A stretch of DNA of 46,719 bases from a virus (lineage: Duplodnaviria; Caudoviricetes), in the IMG/VR virus record IMGVR_UViG_3300036836_000011, positions 1 to 46,719 of that record, one strand, 5' to 3'. Position 1 is the first letter of the stretch, and the number at the start of each line of letters is the position of its first letter. The position numbers and the translations under genes are program-made. A model generated the notes under the pieces. That model ran no database searches. It was not told the origin of the DNA and saw nothing but the letters and a program-made list of their open reading frames with translations. Below, in pieces: positions 33,433 through 42,978 of this stretch.

Positions 33433-36400
33433 ATGGGTGGATCAGCAAAGACCAAGCAGAACAGCACGTCCACCTACGCGCCGACTGCTGAGGCTGGCAG
33501 TTGGTACACCGATGTGCGCCAGCAGGCGCAGGCCGCTCAGTCCGCATATAACCCTGCCACCGCCAAGACCGTGGCGGGGTTCACGCCCGAGCAGATGCAG
33601 GCGTTCGCCAACATCTCGGGCAACCAGGGTATCTGGAACCCGGCGCTGACCAGCGCCACCGGCATGGTTCAGGGTGCCGGCGCGGGGATCACCGCTGGCG
33701 ACATCTCGCAGTTTTTCAACCCGTACCAGCAGGATGTGATCGACACCACGATGCGGGACGTCCGTGACCAGGATGCTCTGCAGATGCGCGATTACACCGC
33801 CAACCAGGCCGCGCAGAACGCGCTTGGTGGCAACGGGTTCTTCGTGGGGCGGTCACAGCTCGCGGGCAACCAGGCCAAGGCGCGCAACACGACGTTGGCC
33901 AACCTGCGCTCATCCGGATGGGATAAGGCGCTTGCCGCCGCGCAAATGGACAAGACGCGCGGGCTCGAAGCTGGCCGCAGCATGGCCAGCATCGGCCAGC
34001 TCTTGCAGAACCTCAGCGCCGCCGACGCCGCGCAGCTCCTCAGCGCGGGCAACCAGCAGCAGGCGCAGCAGCAGAGCGTCAATGACGCGGCCAGCCAGAA
34101 CGCGCTCAACCAGCAGCTCTGGCCGATGCAGCAGGCGCAGTGGGCGGCCTCGCTCGCCTCGGGCATCGGGCCGCTCATGGGCGGCACGACAACTAGCCAG
34201 GGCAGCGCGACGCAATCACAGGGCAAGGGCGTTGGGAATGTCGTGGGCGGCGCGCTCACGCTGGCGAGCATGGCGTCCGACGAGCGGGTGAAGGAAGACG
34301 TGCGCGAGATCGGCCGCAGCCATGACGGCCAGCCGATCTATGCGTTCCGTTATCGCGGCGATCCCCGCACGCAGATCGGCCTCATGGCGCAGGATGTCGA
34401 GCAGGAGCATCCCGAGGCGGTTCACGAGGGGCCGGGCGGTATCAAGATGGTCAACTATGACCAGGCGCTCGAAGGTGCCGAGCCCCGCGCGACCTGGGGG
34501 CGCGAGGCGGCCGCCGATGGCGGTCTGCAGACCGGCATGCCGGGCGGTCTGATGCCGTGGGCGGAGCTGCGTCCGGCGACGCCACGCTGGCCGGATGCGC
34601 CGGATGTGCGCGCGCCGCAGCAGCAGCAAGACCCCATGGCGGACTGGGAGCAGATGGCCGCGCTCGGCAAGAAAGCCGGGGCCGGCATCGGCAACATCGC
34701 GCGCGCGCTCGACCCGGCCGGCGGATGGGGTGCGGAAATCGTGCCCACGGCAAGCCTGGGTGCAGGTGGTGCTGGTGGTGGCCTCAGCAGCCTGCTCAGC
34801 ATGTTCGGCGGGTTCGCGGATGGCGGCGTAGTTGACCCGTACCAGCCGACCGAGGAAGAGATGCAGGCGCTCGAAATGGTCGAGAGCGGCGGCCGGGACA
34901 TCCTCGGGCCGGTCACACGCTCGGGAGAGCGCGCATTCGGGCCGCGCCAGATTATGCCCGCCACGGCGGCGGAGCCCGGCTTCGGCGTGCGCCCGCTTGA
35001 CCAGACGATCACCGACCCGCAGGCGCGCCTGGCCGAACAGCGCCGGTTCTCCGATGACTATTACGCGGCGATGCTCCGGCGCTACAACGGTGACCGCGAG
35101 GCCGCGCGCATCGCTTACAACGGCGGCCCACGGCGCGCTGATCAGTGGTTGGCGGCCGGGCGCGACGACAGCGTGATCCCGCGCGAGAGCGCCGACTATT
35201 ACAAGAAGATCGCCGGCCGGCTCGGTGACGGCGGTGATGTGATCGTCGCCAAGGCAGTGAGCCCACAGGCATCAGAAGCGGCCGGCGGCGGCGAGCCCTA
35301 CCAGAACAAGGGCGACCGCGCCACGGGTGGGTTCATCAAGCGCATCTTCGGCGTGGATTTCAACCCGCTCGGGCTGACCGAGCCCGAACGCAAGGCTCTG
35401 CTGGTGGCCGGCCTCAGCATGATGAGCAGCGGCGATGTTGGGCGCGGCGGCCTCGCCGGCATGGCGTATCTGTCCGGTGTCGAGGCATCCGAACGCGAGG
35501 CGGCCGGCGAACGCGCCAAGCTCGCTTACCAGCGCGCCAAGGATGAGCGGGAATTCGGGCTCAAGGAACGCACTGCTGATCGCGAGGACGCACAGTTCGG
35601 ATACCAGCGCGAGAAGGACGCGCGCACCGAAGGGCGCGAAGATGTGCGCTTGGGCCTCGAAATGGACAAGTTCAACCAGAACACCAAGAGCGAGGAAGCC
35701 AAGCTCGCCTGGGAGCGCGAGAAACAGGCGCTCGACGCTGGCAAGCCCTCCGAGGACATGAAGGAATATTCCAGCTATGTGCAGCAGGAGCTAGCCGCCG
35801 GCCGCACGCCGCGCAATTTCTTTGACTACCAGGTCGACCTCAAGAAGGCCGGCCGCGCCGAAACGAATGTGACCGTAGGCGGTGAGAAGAAAGGCGCGGA
35901 GGAGATGGCCAAGCTCCACGCCAAGCAGTATGACAGCCTGCGCACCAACGCGGCCGGCGCTGACCAGATGATCGACAATCTGGATACGGTTGAGCGCGCC
36001 ATCAACCGCGCCATCCAGACCGGCTTTGCTGGCGAGGGGCTGCAGTGGGCGCGGCGGCTCGGTCACGCGCTCGGGATCACCGAGGCGAGCGATGCTGCGG
36101 CCGGCGAGGTCATCAACATGATCTCCAACCGGCTGGCGCTGATGGTGCGCGCGCCGGGCGGCGATGCCTCGGGCGGCATGCCCGGAGCGATGTCCGACGC
36201 AGACCGCATGTTCCTCAAGGAAACGGTGCCCGGCCTGCTCAAGACCCCCGAGGGCAACCGGCAGATTCTCGCGATCATGCGCACCGCCGCCGACCGCCAT
36301 CGGGCGCTGTTTGACATGGCTGTCGATTACGCACAGGAGCATGGTGGCCAGCTCGACGCGGGCTTTGACCGGATGGTGCGCGATTACGTGAAAGCCAACC

Positions 36401-36501
36401 CACTGAGCGCGGCGGTGAAACGGACACAGGACACGCCGCGCCCGGTGTCCACCGAGACGATCAAGCCACCGAGCGGGTTTCGTATCCTGGGGGTGCAGTG
36501 A
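33433..36501 (+). CDS. Multidomain DNA-ejection protein: pilot-like N-terminus, peptidase S74 chaperone domain, SLT lytic transglycosylase
   Basis: FNPYQQDVID; SDERVKEDV...IY.FRY..IG.MAQ.V...PEAV...VNY; VESGG, GPRQIMPATA, AYNGG, ES.DY..KI. Confidence 0.8.
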   Translation: MGGSAKTKQNSTSTYAPTAEAGSWYTDVRQQAQAAQSAYNPATAKTVAGFTPEQMQAFANISGNQGIWNPALTSATGMVQGAGAGITAGDISQFFNPYQQDVIDTTMRDVRDQDALQMRDYTANQAAQNALGGNGFFVGRSQLAGNQAKARNTTLANLRSSGWDKALAAAQMDKTRGLEAGRSMASIGQLLQNLSAADAAQLLSAGNQQQAQQQSVNDAASQNALNQQLWPMQQAQWAASLASGIGPLMGGTTTSQGSATQSQGKGVGNVVGGALTLASMASDERVKEDVREIGRSHDGQPIYAFRYRGDPRTQIGLMAQDVEQEHPEAVHEGPGGIKMVNYDQALEGAEPRATWGREAAADGGLQTGMPGGLMPWAELRPATPRWPDAPDVRAPQQQQDPMADWEQMAALGKKAGAGIGNIARALDPAGGWGAEIVPTASLGAGGAGGGLSSLLSMFGGFADGGVVDPYQPTEEEMQALEMVESGGRDILGPVTRSGERAFGPRQIMPATAAEPGFGVRPLDQTITDPQARLAEQRRFSDDYYAAMLRRYNGDREAARIAYNGGPRRADQWLAAGRDDSVIPRESADYYKKIAGRLGDGGDVIVAKAVSPQASEAAGGGEPYQNKGDRATGGFIKRIFGVDFNPLGLTEPERKALLVAGLSMMSSGDVGRGGLAGMAYLSGVEASEREAAGERAKLAYQRAKDEREFGLKERTADREDAQFGYQREKDARTEGREDVRLGLEMDKFNQNTKSEEAKLAWEREKQALDAGKPSEDMKEYSSYVQQELAAGRTPRNFFDYQVDLKKAGRAETNVTVGGEKKGAEEMAKLHAKQYDSLRTNAAGADQMIDNLDTVERAINRAIQTGFAGEGLQWARRLGHALGITEASDAAAGEVINMISNRLALMVRAPGGDASGGMPGAMSDADRMFLKETVPGLLKTPEGNRQILAIMRTAADRHRALFDMAVDYAQEHGGQLDAGFDRMVRDYVKANPLSAAVKRTQDTPRPVSTETIKPPSGFRILGVQ

Positions 36502-38279
36502 TGCCGGTCTATACCATTGAGCTTCCCGATGGTCGCACCATGCGCGCCGAGGCCGGCAGCGAAGCTGAGGCGCTCGAAGGCGCGCAGAGCTGGTGGGCGC
36601 AGCAGCAGGCTGGTGTGACCGACACGCCGGGATCAGACCCGGCGGCTGGCAGTCGCGCTGCTGCCGAGCTGCAGGACTACCGGCCCGAGCTTCCCCTTGG
36701 GCCGCAGACCGGTGAGGCGGCTGGCACCGACGCCGCGCGTGCGCCGCTTGGCGGCTTCCTGCGTAGCCTGGCGCAGGGGCTGACGTTTAACTATGGCGAT
36801 GAGGCGGAAGCGGCGATCCGGGCACCGTTCAGCCCGCGCAGCCGGCAGGAAATCCTGGACGAGGTGCGCGCCGAGGGCAAGCAGTATGCCGAGGATTTCC
36901 CGAGTGCTGCCGGGGCCGGCGAAATCGGCGGTGTGATCGCCGGGGCGGCGCTGCCCGTGGGCGGCATCTCGCGGGCGCTGGCGGCTGTTCCGGGCATCCC
37001 TGCGGCAGCGCGCGGCATCCTCGGCATGACCGCCGGCGCTGCGGCGGCGGGCGGCCTGGACGCTACCGGCCGCATCGAGGGGGAAGCCGGTGCCGGCGAG
37101 TATGCGACCGAGGCGGCCAAGGGCGCGATTGTCGGCGGTGGCATCGCCGGGTTGCTCGGCGGCGCTGGGCACGGCCTGGCGCGCGTTGCGGGACCGTGGG
37201 CCAATGAGATGGCACAGCGCCTTACGCAGCGCGGTGTGCGGCTGACGCCTGGGGAAATCCTCGGCGGCCGCGCGAAATCCATGGAAGACAGCGCGGCTGC
37301 ATTTCCGATCCTGGGTGACATGATCCGGCGGCGCGGGCGCGAGGGTGTCGAGAGCTTGAACCGGGTCGCCTACGGCGAAACGCTTGACCCGCTCGGTGTG
37401 CGTTACCAGCGCATGTTCGACCGGGCCGCGCCGCGCCTCGGCAATGAGAGCGTGGATGAAATCTCCAACATCCTTGAGCGGCGCTATGAGACCGTGGTGC
37501 CGAAGATGTCGGCTCGGGTCGACCAGACGCTCATTGATGAAACCAAGGCGATTGCCGATGCACTGCCGGCCTCGGTGCGGCCTGAGTTCGTGGATGCGAT
37601 CACACGGTATGTGGACCGGCTGCTCAACCCGGAGACGATGACGCTCACTGGCCGCGACCTGCAGCAGACGTTGCGTAGCCTGCGCGAGACGGCGCGGCGC
37701 TACCAGCGCAGCACGACGCAACCCTGGCATGCGGAGTTCGGTGAGGCGCTCGATGGCCTGCGTGAGGCGATCCAGTCGAGCATGACGCGCCACAGCGCCG
37801 GGCGGGATGTGACCGCATTCCGGAACATCAATGACGCCTATGCGCGCTATGTGCGCGTGCGGGACGCGGCGGGCCGTGTCGGCAGCGATGAGGGCGTGTT
37901 CAGCCCGGCGAACCTGCACAGCGCCGTCCGCGCCGCTGACAGCAGCGTCGGCAAGGGGCGGACGGCGCGCGGGCGGGCGCTCCTGCAAGACCTGTCGGGG
38001 CCGGCACGCTCGGTCATGAAGGCCAAGGGCGCGGGTTCGCCCACGGCTGAGCGCGTGGCGCTGTTCTCGCTGATCGCCAACCCAGCGCTCGCGCTGAAAG
38101 CCGCGACTGTCGGGCTTCCCGCAGCGGCGCTCTATACCCGCGCGGGCAACCGGATTTTCCAGCGTGCCGCGACTGCCGCACCAGGGCCGCGCGCTGCGAT
38201 CCGGGCGCAGATCGAGGATATCGTTCGCCGCACTGCGCCCGGTGCTGGCTATGCATCCGAACACGAATTGATGGATTGA
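36498..38279 (+). CDS. Internal virion/ejection protein
   Basis: YTIELPDGR start, QGLTFNYGDE, Gly/Ala-rich hydrophobic segments, LTPG. Confidence 0.7.
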   Translation: MMPVYTIELPDGRTMRAEAGSEAEALEGAQSWWAQQQAGVTDTPGSDPAAGSRAAAELQDYRPELPLGPQTGEAAGTDAARAPLGGFLRSLAQGLTFNYGDEAEAAIRAPFSPRSRQEILDEVRAEGKQYAEDFPSAAGAGEIGGVIAGAALPVGGISRALAAVPGIPAAARGILGMTAGAAAAGGLDATGRIEGEAGAGEYATEAAKGAIVGGGIAGLLGGAGHGLARVAGPWANEMAQRLTQRGVRLTPGEILGGRAKSMEDSAAAFPILGDMIRRRGREGVESLNRVAYGETLDPLGVRYQRMFDRAAPRLGNESVDEISNILERRYETVVPKMSARVDQTLIDETKAIADALPASVRPEFVDAITRYVDRLLNPETMTLTGRDLQQTLRSLRETARRYQRSTTQPWHAEFGEALDGLREAIQSSMTRHSAGRDVTAFRNINDAYARYVRVRDAAGRVGSDEGVFSPANLHSAVRAADSSVGKGRTARGRALLQDLSGPARSVMKAKGAGSPTAERVALFSLIANPALALKAATVGLPAAALYTRAGNRIFQRAATAAPGPRAAIRAQIEDIVRRTAPGAGYASEHELMD

Positions 38280-38285
38280 CCAACG

Positions 38286-39128
38286 ATGGCCACGACGCCG
38301 AACAAGGGCTATGAGCTGATTGTCACCGGTACCGAAGTTGATACCTGGGGCGACAAGCTCAATACTGATGTTTTCACTGTCATCGATACGAACCTTGGTG
38401 GCGTGGTCACGAAGTCGCTCACCAATGTTCAAGTCGATCTGGATGCCGATGAGAGCGAGAATCTGCGGCTCATCCTGAATGGCACGCTCACTGGTAATGT
38501 GCTCGTGACCACTCTTGCCATTGGCATGACGATCATCGAGAACAACTGCACAGGTAACTTCACGGTTACTTTTCAGAAAAACGGTGTTGGCACTCCCGTC
38601 ACGATCCCGAACGGCACCAAGGCGCTTGTGGTCACCGGCGCGAGCGGTGACCCCGGCATCGTGGGCAACGACTTCCCGGCGGGAACGAGGCTGCTGTTCC
38701 AGCAGACCACGCCGCCGGCCGGGTGGTCGAAGGACACCACGCCTGGCCTCGACAACAGCGCGGTGCGGGTGGTCATCGGCACGGCGAGCAACGGCGGCTC
38801 GCTGGATTTCACTACGGCCATGGCTGATCGAGCGCTGAGCGGCACGGTGCAGGGCACCACACTCAGTGAATCGCAGATACCATCACATCACCACTTGAAC
38901 GTGGCCAATGTTTCGGTATCAACAACGGCAATGCCGACAGCTAACGAATACATTGCCAGAAAAAATGATCTTGGAACTGACACTGACATTGGTGGTACGG
39001 GGACAGTTGCCACGGGTGCCCGTACCACAAGTACTGGTGGTGGACAGTCACACGCGCACGGTCTGACCATGACTAACTTGGATATGCGTGTGAAATACTA
39101 TGATTATGTTGTAGGTCAGAAGCAATGA
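38286..39128 (+). CDS. Tail fibre protein
   Basis: G...TWG...N; FPAGT.LLFQQT.PP.GW.K; TLS..QIPSH.H; TGG..SH.H. Confidence 0.8.
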   Translation: MATTPNKGYELIVTGTEVDTWGDKLNTDVFTVIDTNLGGVVTKSLTNVQVDLDADESENLRLILNGTLTGNVLVTTLAIGMTIIENNCTGNFTVTFQKNGVGTPVTIPNGTKALVVTGASGDPGIVGNDFPAGTRLLFQQTTPPAGWSKDTTPGLDNSAVRVVIGTASNGGSLDFTTAMADRALSGTVQGTTLSESQIPSHHHLNVANVSVSTTAMPTANEYIARKNDLGTDTDIGGTGTVATGARTTSTGGGQSHAHGLTMTNLDMRVKYYDYVVGQKQ

Positions 39129-39484
39129 CGCATAAGCCCGCACCCGCGCCAGGGCAAACCTGTCCGCTACGCCGCAAGGATGTCTCGAAGGTGTGCCCGA
39201 GCTGCGCTTGGTACACCCGCATCAACGGCACCCACCCTGCTACCGGTCAGCCGGTAAGCGAATGGATGTGCGCGGTTGAGGCGCTGGTGCTGACCGGCAT
39301 CGAGAGCACCCGCACGGCGAATGTGAACGCTGCCACGACGCAGGAGCTGCGCAACGATCTGCAGCGCGAGCGCCAGGCGCAGACGCGTATCTTGGCGATG
39401 AAGCTCACCGGGCAGCCTCAGCAGAAATATCTCAACGGAAACGTGCCCCTAAGTCTTACTGACGACAGACAGGGTGAGGATTAG
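39125..39484 (+). CDS. Cys-rich tail-fibre-adjacent protein
   Basis: CPL...CPSCAW...G..P.TG....W.CA. Confidence 0.65.
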   Translation: MTHKPAPAPGQTCPLRRKDVSKVCPSCAWYTRINGTHPATGQPVSEWMCAVEALVLTGIESTRTANVNAATTQELRNDLQRERQAQTRILAMKLTGQPQQKYLNGNVPLSLTDDRQGED

Positions 39485-39523
39485 GCGCTAAAGTCTCGGC
39501 GTTAATCCTTTGAGGGTGTCACA

Positions 39524-40114
39524 ATGGATGTTGAGCTGTTCGCTATTCAGCGGCGATTGAAAGAGCTTGGGCATGATCCAGGCACATTGGATGGGGTATG
39601 GGGCAAGGATACCCGCAGGGCTATTGCGGCGGCCCTGGGGATCAAGCCTCAGCCCGTGAAAAAGCGGCTGCCGGGTTCGGCGGTGGTCGAGGCCCCATGG
39701 TTCGATCTGGCGCGAGCGCAGATCGGTGTGAAGGAAGTGCCGGGCGCGGCGAGCAATCCGGCGGTGCTTGCCTTCTATGACGAGGCGGGCAACCCGCAGC
39801 CAAACGACAGCGTGCCGTGGTGCGCGGCGTTTGTCGGGGCGATGCTCCGGCGAGCCGGCTACAAGGGAACCGGCTCGCTCATGGCCCGTTCCTATCTGGA
39901 CTGGGGTACGAAGCTCGACAAGCCACAGCGCGGCTGCATTGTCGTGTTCAAGCGGGGCGCTCCGCCGGCCGGGCACGTCGCTTTTGTTGACGAGTGGACC
40001 GCAACCACGGTTAGATGCGTTGGCGGCAATCAGTCCGACGCTGTGACCGTGGCGACCTATCCCCGCGTGAACGTGCTCGGCTATCGCTGGCCGTCTGAGG
40101 CGATCGCAGCATGA
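39524..40114 (+). CDS. Endolysin: peptidoglycan-binding domain plus TIGR02594/CHAP-like amidase
   Basis: IQ..L..LG..PG..DG.WG..T..A; PWCAAFV, ARS...WG, GHVAF, GGNQ. Confidence 0.88.
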   Translation: MDVELFAIQRRLKELGHDPGTLDGVWGKDTRRAIAAALGIKPQPVKKRLPGSAVVEAPWFDLARAQIGVKEVPGAASNPAVLAFYDEAGNPQPNDSVPWCAAFVGAMLRRAGYKGTGSLMARSYLDWGTKLDKPQRGCIVVFKRGAPPAGHVAFVDEWTATTVRCVGGNQSDAVTVATYPRVNVLGYRWPSEAIAA

Positions 40115-40479
40115 TGGGGGCGCAAATGACAAATGGCCTGGCACCGCATGGGCAGCATGCCCCGGTGCAACCCGTAGCCGGCTATGCCGAGCTGCAGCCG
40201 GCGGTGACCATCAACCAGATTCAGCTTACCGGCCGGCAGATCATGGCGCTGGGCAGCGCGGTCATCGGGGCTATCATGAGCGCCTATGGCGCGGGCTGGC
40301 TGTTCATGCCGGCGAAAGATAGCGATCTGAAATCGCTGGTGCAGATCGTCACCACGATGCAGCAGCAGACCGATGCTAATCGGCAGGCGGTCGAGCGCCT
40401 GACGCTCGCGGTGGACAACCTCAGCGGCTTGGTGGAAGGGATCACACCCAAGCGCACCTTGACGCGACCACAGCGCTGA
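40111..40479 (+). CDS. Membrane protein with coiled coil (holin/spanin-like candidate)
   Basis: One hydrophobic segment then coiled coil; directly after endolysin. Confidence 0.45.
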   Translation: MMGAQMTNGLAPHGQHAPVQPVAGYAELQPAVTINQIQLTGRQIMALGSAVIGAIMSAYGAGWLFMPAKDSDLKSLVQIVTTMQQQTDANRQAVERLTLAVDNLSGLVEGITPKRTLTRPQR

Positions 40480-40543
40480 GGCATCATCGTCATGCCCCGA
40501 TAATCGGGTTCATGATGTCAACCTCGCTGGTTTCTCCCTACGG

Positions 40544-40579
40544 AAACGCCGCCCTTCTGGCTGATCGGGCGGCGTTTTT
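40544..40579 (+). terminator. Terminator of late operon
   Basis: AAACGCCGCCC...GGGCGGCGTTTTT. Confidence 0.85.
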
Positions 40580-40584
40580 GCATG

Positions 40585-40616
40585 AAAAAGCCGGGGACGC
40601 AACACCGGCCCCGGCT
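40585..40616 (-). terminator. Terminator of leftward accessory operon
   Basis: AGCCGGGG...CCCCGGCTTTTT on minus strand. Confidence 0.8.
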
Positions 40617-40644
40617 CATACTCGCACGCTACGCTTACGCTATC

Positions 40645-41373
40645 TCAGAACCGCAGGCTTTCCAGATCGGCCATGGCCGCGCCGGGATACCAGCTCGCCT
40701 TGAGCTTCACCCGCAGGGCATCGCTGTCTTCGAGGGCGTCGTTCAGCTCATCGTTCTCACGACCGGTGTTGCCGTCCACCTCGACGCTATCCCAGAAGAG
40801 ATAGTCGAGTTCGAGCCCGAGAGCGAGCTGCGGGGCCACCAGCGTCTTGATGCCGCCGCCGACCACCCACGCGCCGACATCCATGTCATGCTCGCGCTCA
40901 TCGAAGATACGGCTGTTGCCCACGGTCCAATTCTGCCAATCGTAGCCGACCTTGAAATAGATCAGCGTCGAGCGGCCAGCGAGCGCACCGATGTGGGCGC
41001 TGATCTGGGCATAGTCGTCCATGGTCAGCACATCACCGAACTGGCCGGCCTCGACGTTCACGTCAGACCAGGCAAACTCGCCCTCGATGCCGAACACGAA
41101 GCGACCGGTGGTGAAGTTGTAGCCGAGGTGACCACCGTAGACGAAGCCGTCCGCGTTGAGGCCGCTGTAGTCATCGCCGCTGTCCGGATCGGTGAAGGTG
41201 ATGTCCGTAGCTTGTCCGCCAGCGGTAACGCCACCGTAAAGACCGCCGAAAGGGTTGCGTGTCGTCTCGGTCTGGACGCTCACGTCCTTGACGCTATTGC
41301 CGAGATCGGCTGCGTGTGATTGTGCCAGCGCTCCCATGAGCAGAGAGGCCAGGAAGATGATGAAAATGCGCAT
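40645..41373 (-). CDS. Outer-membrane beta-barrel protein, Omp25/Omp31/RopB family
   Basis: Signal peptide ending AAD; F.GLY.G..AG, GG.LGYNF..G.FVFGIEGE, L.Y.K.G, W.VGGG, L.LE.DY. Confidence 0.85.
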   Translation of the reverse strand: MRIFIIFLASLLMGALAQSHAADLGNSVKDVSVQTETTRNPFGGLYGGVTAGGQATDITFTDPDSGDDYSGLNADGFVYGGHLGYNFTTGRFVFGIEGEFAWSDVNVEAGQFGDVLTMDDYAQISAHIGALAGRSTLIYFKVGYDWQNWTVGNSRIFDEREHDMDVGAWVVGGGIKTLVAPQLALGLELDYLFWDSVEVDGNTGRENDELNDALEDSDALRVKLKASWYPGAAMADLESLRF

Positions 41374-41426
41374 TCTATTCCCCCGTGTTTAGATTGGGTA
41401 TGCCCGTCATAAACTGATTTGCGAGG

Positions 41427-41609
41427 TCACTGGTGACTTTTATGCAACGTGTATAGTGATCTCGCGTCCACGATGTGACTGAAGCTGTTGTCGATCTTTT
41501 CCGATATTGCTCTTACCCAATTCCCTCCGATTTTAACGTGAACGTGTACCTCATCACCATGTTTTACCAGGTGAATTGCTTGAACGCTTATGCCTGCAAT
41601 TTCCGGCAT
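41427..41609 (-). CDS. Hypothetical protein
   Basis: Packed ORF in accessory operon. Confidence 0.5.
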   Translation of the reverse strand: MPEIAGISVQAIHLVKHGDEVHVHVKIGGNWVRAISEKIDNSFSHIVDARSLYTLHKSHQ

Positions 41610-41782
41610 TCGTGCTCGTACCTCGCCTGTTCTTCTTCCTCAAACATCTCGACATTGAGAAAGGCACGATCACACTTCCGACAGATGATTTGATATCGCC
41701 AGCGCGTGCGGACCGGATCATCTGCGAAATAAATTAGCACAAGGAAAGCGATTGATCCCATGAAATAGAGGAAACCGATCAT
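41588..41782 (-). CDS. Small membrane protein with CxxC
   Basis: N-terminal hydrophobic helix; ATGA coupling. Confidence 0.55.
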   Translation of the reverse strand: MIGFLYFMGSIAFLVLIYFADDPVRTRWRYQIICRKCDRAFLNVEMFEEEEQARYEHECRKLQA

Positions 41783-42003
41783 TCGAGTTCCTTTGCTGCG
41801 GTCATAAGTTTCTTAACGACATCATCGAAGTCATCGAGACGCCATGAGACACGCTGTTTTACCTCTTCATCGAGGAAATCGGAGAGTGCTTGCTGCGCCT
41901 CTTCCAATGACATTCCGATGAAATCTTGAGGATCGATCTGGCTATGTTGCGGACGACTTCTGCCAGCATAACCATCCACGATTTCCCATGTCAGTTTGAT
42001 CAT
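41779..42003 (-). CDS. Hypothetical acidic protein (MIKLTWE...)
   Basis: ATGA coupling at both ends. Confidence 0.6.
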   Translation of the reverse strand: MIKLTWEIVDGYAGRSRPQHSQIDPQDFIGMSLEEAQQALSDFLDEEVKQRVSWRLDDFDDVVKKLMTAAKELE

Positions 42004-42161
42004 GTCAGGATGTCCACGATTAGCGGCCAGCATCCGATGATCGCAATTACAGTAATTGCGATCATGATGATAACCCAATCCCAATCGATTGGGTGCTTTG
42101 GGTCTGGCGGTTCAGTCGTGCCAAACCACTCGTGATATCGCTGTTTCTCTTCCTCGGTCAT
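42000..42161 (-). CDS. Small membrane protein (MTEEEKQ...)
   Basis: C-terminal hydrophobic helix; ATGA coupling. Confidence 0.55.
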   Translation of the reverse strand: MTEEEKQRYHEWFGTTEPPDPKHPIDWDWVIIMIAITVIAIIGCWPLIVDILT

Positions 42162-42421
42162 GCCGCTTCCACCCCGTAAACATCGAATAGCGCACGTTCC
42201 AGCATGGTCTTGGTGACCGAGGCGAACGGCAGGATTTCGGCGGTGGGCGGCACCTCGATGACGCGCGGCTGCAGCCGCGCCAGCTCGGCCAGCAGCAGCG
42301 CACGGGTGTCCACCAGCTCGCGGCGCGCGCGGCGCAGCTCGGTCAGCAGCAGATAGCTCATCCCGCCGAGGATGAAATTGGACACCAGGCCGCCGACAAC
42401 CAGAACGCTTATGAAAAGCAT
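42158..42421 (-). CDS. Membrane-anchored coiled-coil protein
   Basis: N-terminal TM segment; AAGGA SD. Confidence 0.55.
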   Translation of the reverse strand: MLFISVLVVGGLVSNFILGGMSYLLLTELRRARRELVDTRALLLAELARLQPRVIEVPPTAEILPFASVTKTMLERALFDVYGVEAA

Positions 42422-42424
42422 GGC

Positions 42425-42667
42425 TTAATCCTTCTGCATGCGCATCGCGCGCGCCAGGAACCGGCGGCGGTGCCATTCGTTCATGTCGATAGGGACCCTC
42501 ATGTGCACGGGCGGCGTCACGTGCACCCGTGGGTTGCCCCAGTCCTCACCCCATCGATGGGTGACGCGATCCACCGAGCATGAGGTGCAATCACACCCTG
42601 CCGCGTGCTGATTCTTGATCCAGCGTGTGATGAACCAGCTTGTCACTTGCCTACGGATGTTGTCCAT
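42425..42667 (-). CDS. Hypothetical protein (H..GCDC..C motif)
   Basis: MDNIRR start; packed ORF. Confidence 0.5.
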   Translation of the reverse strand: MDNIRRQVTSWFITRWIKNQHAAGCDCTSCSVDRVTHRWGEDWGNPRVHVTPPVHMRVPIDMNEWHRRRFLARAMRMQKD

Positions 42668-42833
42668 GAGCCACCACCCTTTCCACGCTTTTGACCAGCT
42701 CGACCATCGCTTTGCTGCCGCGCATTTCGGCAATCGCCTTGGCCAGTCTGCAGGCCTCATCGATTGCGCCGAGACGAACGCTGGTGTCCAGGGCAACCAT
42801 GGTGAGGATCAGCCGATCGTGCTTACCGGTCAT
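42651..42833 (-). CDS. Hypothetical protein
   Basis: AGGGAG SD before MTGKHD. Confidence 0.5.
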   Translation of the reverse strand: MTGKHDRLILTMVALDTSVRLGAIDEACRLAKAIAEMRGSKAMVELVKSVERVVAHGQHP

Positions 42834-42978
42834 AGCACACTCCCTGCGACCACATCTTGCCCGGCTGCTTGAGGCAGGCGCGGCGTGCGATCTCGGGCTC
42901 TTTGATGCCCACCCAGACCAGGAACGCAAGCAGTGTGACCGCAACACCGGCCGCAATGCCGACAATCGCTTCCCTCAT
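42823..42978 (-). CDS. Small membrane protein with Cys pair
   Basis: MREAIVGIAAGVAVTLLAFLVWVG...C....GKMW....C. Confidence 0.55.
   Translation of the reverse strand: MREAIVGIAAGVAVTLLAFLVWVGIKEPEIARRACLKQPGKMWSQGVCYDR

Noticed and set aside
38286-39128. Diversity-generating retroelement target in tail fibre
   Set aside because: No reverse transcriptase and no template/variable repeat pair seen
40582-41319. 245-aa plus-strand ORF
   Set aside because: Antisense shadow of the OMP gene
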